From an uncultured SAR86 cluster bacterium (lineage in GTDB: Bacteria; Pseudomonadota; Gammaproteobacteria; Magnimaribacterales; AG-339-G14), in assembly GCA_902561325.1 (NCBI GenBank), contig CACEOL010000004.1, positions 8,349-72,348 of the forward strand: a DNA stretch of 64,000 nucleotides, written 5' to 3'. The notes under the pieces were generated by a model, which ran no database searches, had not been told where the DNA came from, and saw nothing but the letters and a program-made list of their open reading frames with translations. Made by a program: the position numbers and the translations under genes. Positions 39,996-49,954 of this stretch are shown piece after piece. Within the stretch, counting starts at the first letter, position 1. Every line of letters starts with the position of its first letter.

Positions 39996-41570
39996 TTAAG
40001 AAGATAGATTTAATTTTTTTGAGTCTTGCCTGACCTGCTGAGATGGAAGAAAAGGTATGATTTTTCCATAAGTATTATCTATCGCAATTTCTCTTTGCGA
40101 TAAATTAAACATACAACAAATTTCTTTCTCATTTCCTCTATAAAAAATCAAAACTTCATTATTATTTTCAAAATAAATCTCTTCGGTAAAGAGGGATATT
40201 TTTTTTCTTAAAGAAATAAATGTTTTATAAAAATGATAGGTTGAGTTTCTATTTTTTAATTGCTTTTTAACAGAGTTGATAATTTGTTCTTTTTTAATTG
40301 GAAGCCATGGTTTTACATTTGAAAAGCCAGCAAATTTTTGGCTTTCATCCCAAATCATAGGAGTTCTACATCCATCTCTACCAAAATCCATAGGCCAGAA
40401 TTTTTTTCCAGGAGGATCTTTAATTTCATCATATTCAATTTTGGTTTGAGTTTGACCAAGCTCTTCGCCTTGGTAAATGCATGGTGTTCCTTTCAATGAC
40501 ATGAGTAATGTACAGGTTAATTTTGCAAATTTTTGTCTATCTTTTCTTGATTTGTTCCATCTAGACAAATGCCTTACTACATCGTGATTAGAAAAACTCC
40601 ATGTCGGCCATCCATCTTTAGTTTCTTTAAAAAATTTAGAAACAGTATTCCTTATGTGTTTTGGAGAAAATTCATCTCTGAGAAGATCAAAACTGTAAGC
40701 CATATGAAGCTTGTCATTATTCGCAGTGTATTTAGCTTGTAATTCAACATTTGAAATTTCTCCAATCATCGTCGTTTCTTTATATTCATCTGTTAGCTTC
40801 CTTAGCTTTTTTAGGAATGCAAAATTATCTTTTTGATTAATTGAATATTTCAAATTTTGGAAATAATAAGGATTTTTTCCAGAAGGTTTTGATTTGATAG
40901 CAGGATTATTTCTGAATTTCTTATCATGAAAATAATAATTTGCAGTATCAAGCCTAAAGCCATCAACACCTTTTTCTAACCAAAACTTAACAGTTGAGAG
41001 TAACCATTTCTGAACATCTTTGTTATGAAAGTTAAAGTCCGGTTGTGACTTTAAAAAATTATGTAAGTAATATTGTTCTCTACTAGTATCCCATTCCCAT
41101 GCAGAACCTCCAAAAACCGAAAGCCAATTATTTGGAGGAGAGCCATCAGGTTTAGGGTCGGCCCAGACGTACCAATCCGATTTTGAATTATTTCTATTTG
41201 ATTTACTAATCTTAAAGAAAGGATGAGCATCAGAACTATGTGATAAAACTTGATCAATTATTACTTTAATTTTGTTTTCTTTGGCTTTTTCTATGAGTTT
41301 TTCAAAATCGAGAATATTTCCAAATAAGGGGTCAATGTCAGTGTAATTGGAAACGTCGTAACCCATATCTTTCATAGGAGAAGTAAAAATTGGAGAAAGC
41401 CATATTGCATCAACACCTAATGAAGATAAGTAAGAAATTTTTTTGGATATTCCTTTCAGATCACCAACGCCATTTCCAGAGGTGTCATTGAAAGAACGTG
41501 GATAAATCTGGTAAATAACTCCCTTTTTCCACCAAGGGAGGTTGGTTTCTGAAGAAAACTTTTTAGTCAC
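39996..41570 (-). CDS. GH13 alpha-glucosidase; TAA at 39998-39996 appears premature (natural end 39942)
   Basis: YQIYPRSF, DMGYDVS, QPDFN, DGFRLD, GE, NHD, YQGEELG, RDGCRTPM.W. Confidence 0.9.
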   Translation of the reverse strand: MTKKFSSETNLPWWKKGVIYQIYPRSFNDTSGNGVGDLKGISKKISYLSSLGVDAIWLSPIFTSPMKDMGYDVSNYTDIDPLFGNILDFEKLIEKAKENKIKVIIDQVLSHSSDAHPFFKISKSNRNNSKSDWYVWADPKPDGSPPNNWLSVFGGSAWEWDTSREQYYLHNFLKSQPDFNFHNKDVQKWLLSTVKFWLEKGVDGFRLDTANYYFHDKKFRNNPAIKSKPSGKNPYYFQNLKYSINQKDNFAFLKKLRKLTDEYKETTMIGEISNVELQAKYTANNDKLHMAYSFDLLRDEFSPKHIRNTVSKFFKETKDGWPTWSFSNHDVVRHLSRWNKSRKDRQKFAKLTCTLLMSLKGTPCIYQGEELGQTQTKIEYDEIKDPPGKKFWPMDFGRDGCRTPMIWDESQKFAGFSNVKPWLPIKKEQIINSVKKQLKNRNSTYHFYKTFISLRKKISLFTEEIYFENNNEVLIFYRGNEKEICCMFNLSQREIAIDNTYGKIIPFLPSQQVRQDSKKLNLSS

Positions 41571-42600
41571 TCACTTTTATAAGTTGTTTTCCAAAATTCT
41601 TACCGCTTAATACATCTCTTAACCCTTGTGGAGCATTCTCGATACCTTCTAAGACGGTTTCTTTGTATTTTATTTTACCTTGACGCATCCATTCAGCTAA
41701 CTCACGTGTTGCTTCTTCCCACTTTTCGTTAAATTCTGTAACCACAAAAAATCTATGCTCAGGCACTGGATCTAATTTTCCAAAGATATCAAAGGGAGTT
41801 TCTGGCAACTCGCTGCTTTCTGAGATACTTGAATTAAAGGAATTATAGGCTGAGATAAAGCCACAAATTGGAACTCTAGCTCCAGTATTGAGAAGCTCGG
41901 CAACTGCTTTTGAAACTTCTCCACCGACGTTTTCAAAATAAATGTCTATTCCATCTGAGCAAGCCTTAGATAAATCATCTCTAAAAGTTTTTGATTTATA
42001 GTCAATGGCATAATCCAATCCCATCACATCCTTAACAAAATCACATTTTTTCTTTCCGCCTGCGATGCCTATAGTTTTGCAACCAATAAGTTTGGCCATT
42101 TGACCAACGACAGAGCCCACAGCTCCAGAGGCTGCAGATACAACCACAGTATCATTTTCCTTTACCTTTCCTACTTCTTGAAGCCCAAAATAAGCAGTTC
42201 TACCTGGCATGCCTGCTGGCCCTAAAAAAGATTGTATTGGAGCCAAGTCAGGATAAATTCTCATTAATGCAGGATTATCATCATTGCATCTAATGAAAGA
42301 CTGCCAACCCAAGTGGGCTGCAACGTAATCTCCAATTTGGAATTTCTCAGATCTGGATTGAATTACTTGCCCAACACTTTCACCTGTCATCACCTCTCCT
42401 ATTGCAACAGGCTCGGTATAAGATTTCATATCATTCATTCTGCCTCGCATGTATGGATCAATAGAGAGGTACATCACTTTAATTAAGATTTGATTCTCAT
42501 CAAGATCATTTATAGAGGCCTCTTCTAATTTCCAACATTCATCTTCGGGCATTCCTTCAGGTCTTTTTGCTAAGACCCATCTCTTATTAATTTTTTCCAT
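41563..42600 (-). CDS. NADP-dependent alkenal reductase (CurA/PTGR-like MDR family)
   Basis: YLSIDPYMRGRM, GMPGRTAYFGL, SAASGAVG, YFENVGG, GKNFGK. Confidence 0.9.
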   Translation of the reverse strand: MEKINKRWVLAKRPEGMPEDECWKLEEASINDLDENQILIKVMYLSIDPYMRGRMNDMKSYTEPVAIGEVMTGESVGQVIQSRSEKFQIGDYVAAHLGWQSFIRCNDDNPALMRIYPDLAPIQSFLGPAGMPGRTAYFGLQEVGKVKENDTVVVSAASGAVGSVVGQMAKLIGCKTIGIAGGKKKCDFVKDVMGLDYAIDYKSKTFRDDLSKACSDGIDIYFENVGGEVSKAVAELLNTGARVPICGFISAYNSFNSSISESSELPETPFDIFGKLDPVPEHRFFVVTEFNEKWEEATRELAEWMRQGKIKYKETVLEGIENAPQGLRDVLSGKNFGKQLIKVSD

Positions 42601-42605
42601 ATTCC

Positions 42606-42827
42606 TTATTCTCCCTTTTTTACTTTGAATATAATGATTCCATCTTCTTCAGAAAAAGAAATCAACGAATGATTAAGATATTCGCAGAACTTTTTAACAT
42701 CTTTAATTGCAGTAGGATCTGTGGCTATGAGAGTCACTTCATCACCTTTTTTAGCTTCATGAATAGATTGATGAAGAAGCATTATTGGCTCAGGACATTT
42801 AAGACCTTTGGCATCTATTTCAATCAT
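42606..42827 (-). CDS. tusA: sulfur carrier TusA
   Basis: DAKGLKCPEPIM, ATDP...D...FC. Confidence 0.92.
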   Translation of the reverse strand: MIEIDAKGLKCPEPIMLLHQSIHEAKKGDEVTLIATDPTAIKDVKKFCEYLNHSLISFSEEDGIIIFKVKKGE

Positions 42828-44237
42828 TCAAGAATTTAAGACAAATCTATTTCTTCCTCTTCCAGTAGTATAATTAACTCTTGCAATAACAAAAGCTGCC
42901 GAAACAAAAAGACCAACGGTCAAACCAATCCACATACCTTGTGCCCCAATAGGATCAGAAAAGAAGTCAGTCATTGATAAGGTATATCCAATTGGCATTC
43001 CAATAAGCCAATAAGCGATAAACATAAAAAAGAATAAAATCTGAGTATCTTTAAAACCTCTCAAAGCTCCTACGCCAGCGAAGTTAAGCCCATCTGCAAT
43101 TTGGAATATGGCAGCAATTATTAATAATGTAGCTGCTAAATTCACAATTTCAATATCTGGATTGAAGAAGCTAGCAAGGTAATTACCAAACTCTATAAGA
43201 ATGAAGGTATTTATAATTGCCAAAAACAAGGCAAAAAACATAGCAAAAAACGAAGAATATCTTGCTCTGTCTAATGAGTTTGACCCTACTAAATTTCCAA
43301 CCCTAACATTAGCTGCTAAGCCTATTGATAGGGGTAACATGAAAGTTAAAGTAGTTACTTGCATGGCAATTGCATGAGCAGAAATAACATTTTCACCAAG
43401 CCTACTTAAAATCAAACCCGCTCCGCTAAAAACAGCAATTTCTATGAATAAGGTACCTCCAATTGGTATCCCAAGTTTTATGATTTCAGAAATTTGTTTT
43501 GGATTAGGAGCTTCAAAACTCTCAAAAAATCTAATTTCTTTAAAAAACTTTGAAAAATAAATGTATCCAAGAATGATTAGAAGAGAAGACCACGAAGAAA
43601 TTAAAAATGCTATTCCACAACCTTTACCACCCAATTCAGGGAAGCCAAACTTACCAAAAATCAAAACATAATTCACTAGAGCATTTATTAAAACCATCAC
43701 AACATTTATGTAAGTAATTGGAAGTGGTTTTTTCATGCCCTCACACATGGATCTCAAAGGTTGAAATAAAAACATTGCTGGAGCACCAATCATCAACCCA
43801 AATAAATAATCCTTTGTAATGGTTTTTACTTCTTCGGGAGTACCTAAAATATTAAGAAGTGAATCAGCATTTATGGTGTAAACGACAAAAAGAAGAATCA
43901 AAGGGATTGCTAGCCAATAGGATTGCTTTACGATTGGTCCAATTTGCGTAATTTGCTTTGCGCCATAAAACTGAGCAACAAAAGAAGTAACGATAAACAA
44001 TACTCCTGCAATCCCAAAATAAGCAGGCCAAAAAAGCATATTGCCTATAGCAACAGCAGCCTGATCAACAGTGTTGTAATTACCAGTCATTAAAGCAGAA
44101 ATTATTCCAGTAGCGTGAGCTGCTAATTGAGTCAAAAGCATTGGAGTAGCTAATTTAAAATATTCCTTTGCTTCTTCTGAAGCTACTGAATTTTTTATAA
44201 TGCTATCTTCTGTAGAAGTGTTGAAGGTTTCTTTCAT
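42828..44237 (-). CDS. MATE-family efflux transporter (NorM-like)
   Basis: About 12 TM helices, FGKFGFPELGG.GC, LGIPIG, RVGN..G, FQ.ADG...GALRG.KDT. Confidence 0.9.
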   Translation of the reverse strand: MKETFNTSTEDSIIKNSVASEEAKEYFKLATPMLLTQLAAHATGIISALMTGNYNTVDQAAVAIGNMLFWPAYFGIAGVLFIVTSFVAQFYGAKQITQIGPIVKQSYWLAIPLILLFVVYTINADSLLNILGTPEEVKTITKDYLFGLMIGAPAMFLFQPLRSMCEGMKKPLPITYINVVMVLINALVNYVLIFGKFGFPELGGKGCGIAFLISSWSSLLIILGYIYFSKFFKEIRFFESFEAPNPKQISEIIKLGIPIGGTLFIEIAVFSGAGLILSRLGENVISAHAIAMQVTTLTFMLPLSIGLAANVRVGNLVGSNSLDRARYSSFFAMFFALFLAIINTFILIEFGNYLASFFNPDIEIVNLAATLLIIAAIFQIADGLNFAGVGALRGFKDTQILFFFMFIAYWLIGMPIGYTLSMTDFFSDPIGAQGMWIGLTVGLFVSAAFVIARVNYTTGRGRNRFVLNS

Positions 44238-44283
44238 AGAATCGCTGTATCATACATGATGTAAAAATATCTGGAGATTAAAA

Positions 44284-45006
44284 ATTAGAAAAGACAATAG
44301 ACCTTTTTGGCTTAAAAGAATTCATTGGTGGTTTGATCAACAATACATAAAAAAAATTATCACTCCTCAATTTGATAATTTAGGGACCAGTCCTCTTATT
44401 TTGGGAGTTAAATATCTTCACGTATCTGGTAAAAACATATCGGTTGGAGATTTTGCAACTTTCATAACATCCCCAGATGCTCATGTTCACATAACTACAT
44501 GGAATGCAGACAAGCACGATGGAAAAATAGAAGCAGGCAAGTTTTGTTTGTTTAGTCCAGGAGTAAGAATTTCTGCAGCTACATCAATAAAAATTGGAGA
44601 TTCATGTATGTTTGCCAATGGGGCATATATTTCTGACTCTGATTGGCATGGAATTTATGATAGAGCTTTGCCTGTTGGCAAGTCTTTAGAAGTAGTTTTA
44701 GAAGATAATGTTTGGATAGGAGATAGTGCAATTGTTAACAAAGGGGTGAGAATTGGAAAAAATAGCATTGTTGGCGCTGGATCGGTAGTGGTTAAAGATG
44801 TTCCTCCAAATGTAGTAGTTGCAGGTAATCCGGCAAAAGTAGTAAAAGAATTAGATGAGAATGAAAAAATGATTTCTAGAGCAGATATGTTTTCTTCACC
44901 TAAAGAATTAGATGATTTATATCTCAAAATCGATCAAATTAGTCTTAAAAACAATTCTTTTTTTGGCTGGATAAAAAGTAAATTGCTGCCTAACAAAAAC
45001 AATTGA
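44284..45006 (+). CDS. hexapeptide-repeat acyltransferase; probable ATT start at 44284 (track start 44401)
   Basis: LbH repeats, [21 protein letters not shown]; frame is open upstream through [11 protein letters not shown]; GGAG at 44273-44276. Confidence 0.8.
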   Translation: MRKDNRPFWLKRIHWWFDQQYIKKIITPQFDNLGTSPLILGVKYLHVSGKNISVGDFATFITSPDAHVHITTWNADKHDGKIEAGKFCLFSPGVRISAATSIKIGDSCMFANGAYISDSDWHGIYDRALPVGKSLEVVLEDNVWIGDSAIVNKGVRIGKNSIVGAGSVVVKDVPPNVVVAGNPAKVVKELDENEKMISRADMFSSPKELDDLYLKIDQISLKNNSFFGWIKSKLLPNKNN

Positions 45007-46109
45007 TGAATGTTGTTATTAACAAAGACTTGCAAGAGTTAACTAAAACATTTGAAAGTAATTCTAAACTCAATGTTCGAAGCCTTGCCTCACACGAAAT
45101 CTCGAATCAAGCAATTAAAGATTCCGATGCTGTCTTTTTGAGATCTACGACGAAAATTAACGAAGAATTGTTAGATAACACAAATGTAAAATTTGTTGCT
45201 TCTTTAACTTCAGGAGAAGATCACATAGATCAAGATTACTTTGAAAAATCAAATATTCATCTATCTACAGGAAAGGGTGTAAATGCATTAGCTGTCATTG
45301 AATATTTATTGAGTGTTTTATCTGTTTTGATTATTGGCAATAAAATTAAGCCCTATGAGACAAAGTTTGGCATTATCGGTTATGGCAACATTGGCAAAAG
45401 ATTCAAAAACATTTTGGATGCAATTAATTTTCCTTGTTGTATTTATGATCCATATTTTCCCAAAGTATCCTCTAGCCTTGATGAAGTTTTATCCTCGGAA
45501 GTAATTTCCTTAAACTGTTCTTATTCAAAAACTGGGAAATTTCCATCTCATAATCTTTTAGATATAAATTTTCTGAATGAAATGACAGATGACCAATTTT
45601 TAATTAATTCTTCTAGGGGCGAAGTTTTAAGTGAAGAGTACTACTTATCAAAAAAATCGGATAATTTTGTTTTTGATGTATGGCCTAATGAACCTAATCT
45701 TAACTTAACAAAGTTTAAAAAACCTTATATCGCGACTCCCCATATTGCTGGAAAAACAATAAGCGCGGAAAACAAATTTAATGAAAAAGCTTTAAGTGAA
45801 TTTAATAATTTCTTTGATGAAAATATAAAGGCAATAGAACCAAAGAGATTTATAGATTTTACAATAGATAATTCCATAGAAGAGGAAATGGATGTCTTCG
45901 GAATTCCACCTTCAATCTTTCTAAAAATTTATGATGTTAAAAGAGATGACTTCGCCTTTAAAAGTTTTTTCAAAACAAAACAAGATCCAAGGGATTTTCA
46001 GGAATTAAGAACTTCACTCAAAAGGCTAGGTATCAGTAATCATAAAATAGTTGGTGATTTGGGCGCTGCAGCCAAAACAAAATTAGAGCTTTTTGGATTT
46101 AGACTTTAA
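45003..46109 (+). CDS. pdxB: erythronate-4-phosphate dehydrogenase-like
   Basis: [46 protein letters not shown]. Confidence 0.82.
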   Translation: MMNVVINKDLQELTKTFESNSKLNVRSLASHEISNQAIKDSDAVFLRSTTKINEELLDNTNVKFVASLTSGEDHIDQDYFEKSNIHLSTGKGVNALAVIEYLLSVLSVLIIGNKIKPYETKFGIIGYGNIGKRFKNILDAINFPCCIYDPYFPKVSSSLDEVLSSEVISLNCSYSKTGKFPSHNLLDINFLNEMTDDQFLINSSRGEVLSEEYYLSKKSDNFVFDVWPNEPNLNLTKFKKPYIATPHIAGKTISAENKFNEKALSEFNNFFDENIKAIEPKRFIDFTIDNSIEEEMDVFGIPPSIFLKIYDVKRDDFAFKSFFKTKQDPRDFQELRTSLKRLGISNHKIVGDLGAAAKTKLELFGFRL

Positions 46110-46141
46110 GAAAGGCATGAATTGTCTAGTATAATAAACTG

Positions 46142-47053
46142 ATGATTAACCCAAATACTCTTCTTTCTGAAGAAGAAATAGCCATTTTGAGAGAGCCTAA
46201 GGATTGGAGGAATTATTTAGCTATTTTTAGTATTTGGACTCAAATTGCTTTTGGTTTTGTTATTTTTTCTTTTTCACCAAGTGTCTTAACCTTTCTAGTT
46301 GCCGCTCTTATCATTGGAACCAGACAGTTTGCCCTGGTAGTAATGATGCACGATGGCGCTCATAATTTGATTTCGAAAAATAAAAAGATTAATGACTTTA
46401 TTTCTCAGTGGCTTTGCGCTTATCCGATGATGACAGAGACTGTAAATTATAGAAAATATCACTTAAAACATCACAAACATACGGAAACCGATTTAGATCC
46501 TGATAAAAGTCTAACCGATCCTTTTCCCGTTTCGAAAAAAAGCTTTTCTCGAAAAGTATTAAGAGATTTAACTGGCATATCTGGTTTGAGACGTTATTTT
46601 GGATATTTGTATTCAGCATGGGGCGTAAATGAAAATTCTTTATTTGGACACCTAAAACATTTTGTTTCATCGCTTTATGGTTTTTTAATTTGTCAGCTAG
46701 TAATTTTTACGACATTAGCTTTTTTTAACGTGCCATGGCTGTATTTACTTTTGTGGTGGATACCAAAATTAACAATTTTCAGTTTGTTTTACAGATTGAG
46801 AAGTATCTCGGAGCACGCTTGTACATCTGGACAAGATGACTTTACTCATACCAGAACAACTTTATCTTCAAATTTTGTAAGATATTTCATTGCACCTCTG
46901 AATGTAAATTACCATCTTGAGCATCATTTATTTATGTTTTGTCCATGGTATAACCTTCCTAAAGCTCACGAAATGCTGAAAGAAAAAGATTTCTTCAAAG
47001 ATTTAGAAATTGAAAACAGTTACCTAAACGTTTTTAAAAAAGTAATTATCTAA
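46142..47053 (+). CDS. membrane fatty-acid desaturase family protein
   Basis: His boxes HDGAH, HLKHH, EH, HLEHH. Confidence 0.88.
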   Translation: MINPNTLLSEEEIAILREPKDWRNYLAIFSIWTQIAFGFVIFSFSPSVLTFLVAALIIGTRQFALVVMMHDGAHNLISKNKKINDFISQWLCAYPMMTETVNYRKYHLKHHKHTETDLDPDKSLTDPFPVSKKSFSRKVLRDLTGISGLRRYFGYLYSAWGVNENSLFGHLKHFVSSLYGFLICQLVIFTTLAFFNVPWLYLLLWWIPKLTIFSLFYRLRSISEHACTSGQDDFTHTRTTLSSNFVRYFIAPLNVNYHLEHHLFMFCPWYNLPKAHEMLKEKDFFKDLEIENSYLNVFKKVII

Positions 47054-47054
47054 A

Positions 47055-47438
47055 ATGAATAAAGAAAATCTCAAAGGTAAGATTTCTAAAGCTTCTTACA
47101 TAGTGACTCAAGAGCATGGAACTGAAGCACCTTTTTCTGGCGAACTTTTGAATACAAAAGAGGAAGGTATTTTTACTTGTGTTTGTTGTGGCAATGAGCT
47201 TTTTTCCTCAAATACAAAATATGATTCTGGAACGGGATGGCCAAGCTTTTGGGATGTTCTTAATGAAAATTCTGTTGGTGAAGAAATTGATAAAAGTCAT
47301 GGAATGATTCGAACAGAAGTGCATTGTCAAAAGTGCGGTGCTCATTTAGGACATTTGTTTCCTGATGGACCGATGCCCACAGGAAAAAGGTATTGTATGA
47401 ATTCTGTTGCAATGCAGTTTAAAAAATCTGATAAGTAA
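47055..47438 (+). CDS. msrB: peptide-methionine (R)-S-oxide reductase
   Basis: GTEAPF, CVCC, SGTGWPSF, HLGHLFPDGP, RYCMNS. Confidence 0.96.
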   Translation: MNKENLKGKISKASYIVTQEHGTEAPFSGELLNTKEEGIFTCVCCGNELFSSNTKYDSGTGWPSFWDVLNENSVGEEIDKSHGMIRTEVHCQKCGAHLGHLFPDGPMPTGKRYCMNSVAMQFKKSDK

Positions 47439-47440
47439 AG

Positions 47441-48997
47441 TTGGATTCCTCACAAAGTCAAAAGACTAAAACTTCCCTAAAGACTTTAGTTGTTTCATTT
47501 TGGACCTTTATTTCAAGAATATTTGGAGTTTTAAGAGACATAGCAACCACATACATTTTGGGAGCCGGAGTTGCTCACGATGTGTTTGTGGTGATGCTAA
47601 AAATACCCAACTTATTCAGAAGGCTAGTTGCTGAGGGTGCTTTTAGCCAAGCATTCATTCCAGTTTTTACAGAATATAAGAATAATCAATCAAGGGAAGA
47701 GCTAAAGAAGCTTATAGATTTAACTTTTACTGCAATTTCGTCATTGGTCTTGTTTCTCTGTATTTTATTCATGATTTTTGCTCCAATCGTAGTTTTTATT
47801 TTTGCTCCAGGGTTTTATTTTGATCCAGCAAAAAAAATTCTTGCAATAGAAATCTTAAGAATTACTTTTCCATACTTATTTTTTGTATCTTTGGTCGCTT
47901 TTTTTGGAGCTATACTGAATTCTTTTAGCCTCTTTTCCATTCCAGCTGCAACTCCTATAGCTTTTAATTTAAGCATAATCATCGGAGCGATATTTTTTAC
48001 AGATTACTTCCAACTTCCGGTTTTGGCTATTGCCTGGGGAGTGTTTGCTGCGGGACTCATTCAATTTTTTATAAATATAATTCCTATCCTCAAACTCAAG
48101 CTGTTTCCAAAATTAAAATTTGATTTTAATCATCCCGGGTTAAAAAAAATTTCAATATTGATGCTTCCAGGAATCTTAAGCGGGGGAATAATTCAAATTA
48201 ATATCCTCGTCGATACAATTTTTGCATCTCTACTCAAAACCGGAAGCCCAACTTGGCTATATCTTTCAGATAGATTAATTCAATTACCTTTAGGAATTTT
48301 TGCCATTGCTGCAGCTACAGTCATTTTACCAGCTTTATCAAATGCTGCTGTTTTAAAAAATGATTTTGAATTCAACGAAAAATTTAATTGGGCTTTAAAA
48401 TTCATATTCATTGTAGGTATTCCGTCAGCAATTGGGCTGTATTTTTTAAGCTCCGAAATCATTAGCATTTTATTTTTGCGAGGTGAGTTTTCAACTTCAG
48501 ATGCTCTTATGACAAGTTACAGTCTAAAAGCATTTTGTTTTGGGTTGATTGCATTTATGGCTATAAAAATTCTTAATGTAGGTTTTTTTGCAAGACAAGA
48601 TCCCAAAACCCCAATGTATGTCGCTCTAGTATCCTTGATTCTAAATATAATTTTCAATTGGCTTTTTGCTTTTAAGTTTGGTTATGGCCATGTTGGTTTA
48701 GCAATTGGAAGTGTTATAGCTGCAATAGTAAGCTTTTTTATTCTAAGTTTTATACTTATTAAACGATCAATATTAACTCTGGAAGGAGATTCAGTGATTT
48801 TTCTTATAAAAATTATTATCAGTTCTATAGGTTTACTTTTAGGACTCGTTGGCTTTCAAACATTGTTTCCTAACTTTTCTGACTGGAGTTTATTAGTTCA
48901 AATTTTTAATTTACTCTCCATCATTTTCTTTGGAGCATTTATATATTTTGGTTTAATGTTTGTACTCGGCTTAAGGATTAGTTTTTTTAAAAATTAA
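47441..48997 (+). CDS. murJ: lipid II flippase
   Basis: SRIFGVLRD, PNLFRRLVAEGAFSQAFIP, DRL.QLPLG, F.ARQD.KTP. Confidence 0.96.
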   Translation: MDSSQSQKTKTSLKTLVVSFWTFISRIFGVLRDIATTYILGAGVAHDVFVVMLKIPNLFRRLVAEGAFSQAFIPVFTEYKNNQSREELKKLIDLTFTAISSLVLFLCILFMIFAPIVVFIFAPGFYFDPAKKILAIEILRITFPYLFFVSLVAFFGAILNSFSLFSIPAATPIAFNLSIIIGAIFFTDYFQLPVLAIAWGVFAAGLIQFFINIIPILKLKLFPKLKFDFNHPGLKKISILMLPGILSGGIIQINILVDTIFASLLKTGSPTWLYLSDRLIQLPLGIFAIAAATVILPALSNAAVLKNDFEFNEKFNWALKFIFIVGIPSAIGLYFLSSEIISILFLRGEFSTSDALMTSYSLKAFCFGLIAFMAIKILNVGFFARQDPKTPMYVALVSLILNIIFNWLFAFKFGYGHVGLAIGSVIAAIVSFFILSFILIKRSILTLEGDSVIFLIKIIISSIGLLLGLVGFQTLFPNFSDWSLLVQIFNLLSIIFFGAFIYFGLMFVLGLRISFFKN

Positions 48998-49954
48998 ATG
49001 TATTTGATAAGAGGATTAAAAAACTTATCGCTATTTAATGAGAGATTTAGCGAAGAACAGCTTGTAGTTACTATTGGGAACTTTGATGGCCTTCATCAAG
49101 GCCATAAAAAAATTATTCAGGAAATGAAAAATATTTCTCAAAATTCTAGTGCTAAAACAATGGTGATATTTACTGAACCTCATGCGAAGGAATTCTTTTC
49201 TAAGGATAAAGACATCATGGAACAGCCAGCAAGAATCTCCCCTTGGCGTGACAAGTTTAAAAATTTGGAAAATGAAAATATAGATTTTGCCTTTTTCTTA
49301 AAATTTAATAAGTCTCTTCAAACAATGAGTCCAGAAATATTTATTGAGAAAGTTTTAGGATCATTAAATATTAGCAATTTAATGATAGGAGATGATTTCA
49401 GATTTGGACAGGATAGAAAAGGAGACTTTTTGATGCTTAAAGACTGGAGTAAGAGTCAGGGTATTTCATTATCAAAATTACCTACTTTTTCAATTGATAA
49501 TCGTCGTGTTAGTAGTACTTGGATTAGAGAGACACTATCTTTGAGTGATTTTTCTACAACAAAGAAATTATTGGGCAGACCTTACTCATTTGAGGGTAAA
49601 GTTGTTCATGGAAACAGATTAGGGAGATCAATAGGGTTCCCTACCGCAAATATATGGCTACCGAAAAATAATTTGCCTATAAAGGGAGTGTTCTCTGTAA
49701 AGATTTCAATAGATATGTCAGAATTTGAGGGTATTGCCAATATTGGAATCAGACCTACGGTTGGAGGCACCTCTCCAGTACTAGAAGTAAATATTTTTGA
49801 TTTTAAAAAAGAAATATATGGGAAGCGTATAAAAGTAGAATTCGTTAAAAAAATAAGAGATGAAAAAAAGTTTGACAGCCTTGATGATCTAAAAAAACAA
49901 ATTGCAAAAGACGTAAAAACTGCCAAAGAACAATTACTTGATGAAAAAAATTAA
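48998..49954 (+). CDS. ribF: bifunctional riboflavin kinase/FAD synthetase
   Basis: IGNFDGLHQGH, GDDFRFG, SST.IR, GFPTAN, G.RPTV, E.KF. Confidence 0.96.
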   Translation: MYLIRGLKNLSLFNERFSEEQLVVTIGNFDGLHQGHKKIIQEMKNISQNSSAKTMVIFTEPHAKEFFSKDKDIMEQPARISPWRDKFKNLENENIDFAFFLKFNKSLQTMSPEIFIEKVLGSLNISNLMIGDDFRFGQDRKGDFLMLKDWSKSQGISLSKLPTFSIDNRRVSSTWIRETLSLSDFSTTKKLLGRPYSFEGKVVHGNRLGRSIGFPTANIWLPKNNLPIKGVFSVKISIDMSEFEGIANIGIRPTVGGTSPVLEVNIFDFKKEIYGKRIKVEFVKKIRDEKKFDSLDDLKKQIAKDVKTAKEQLLDEKN

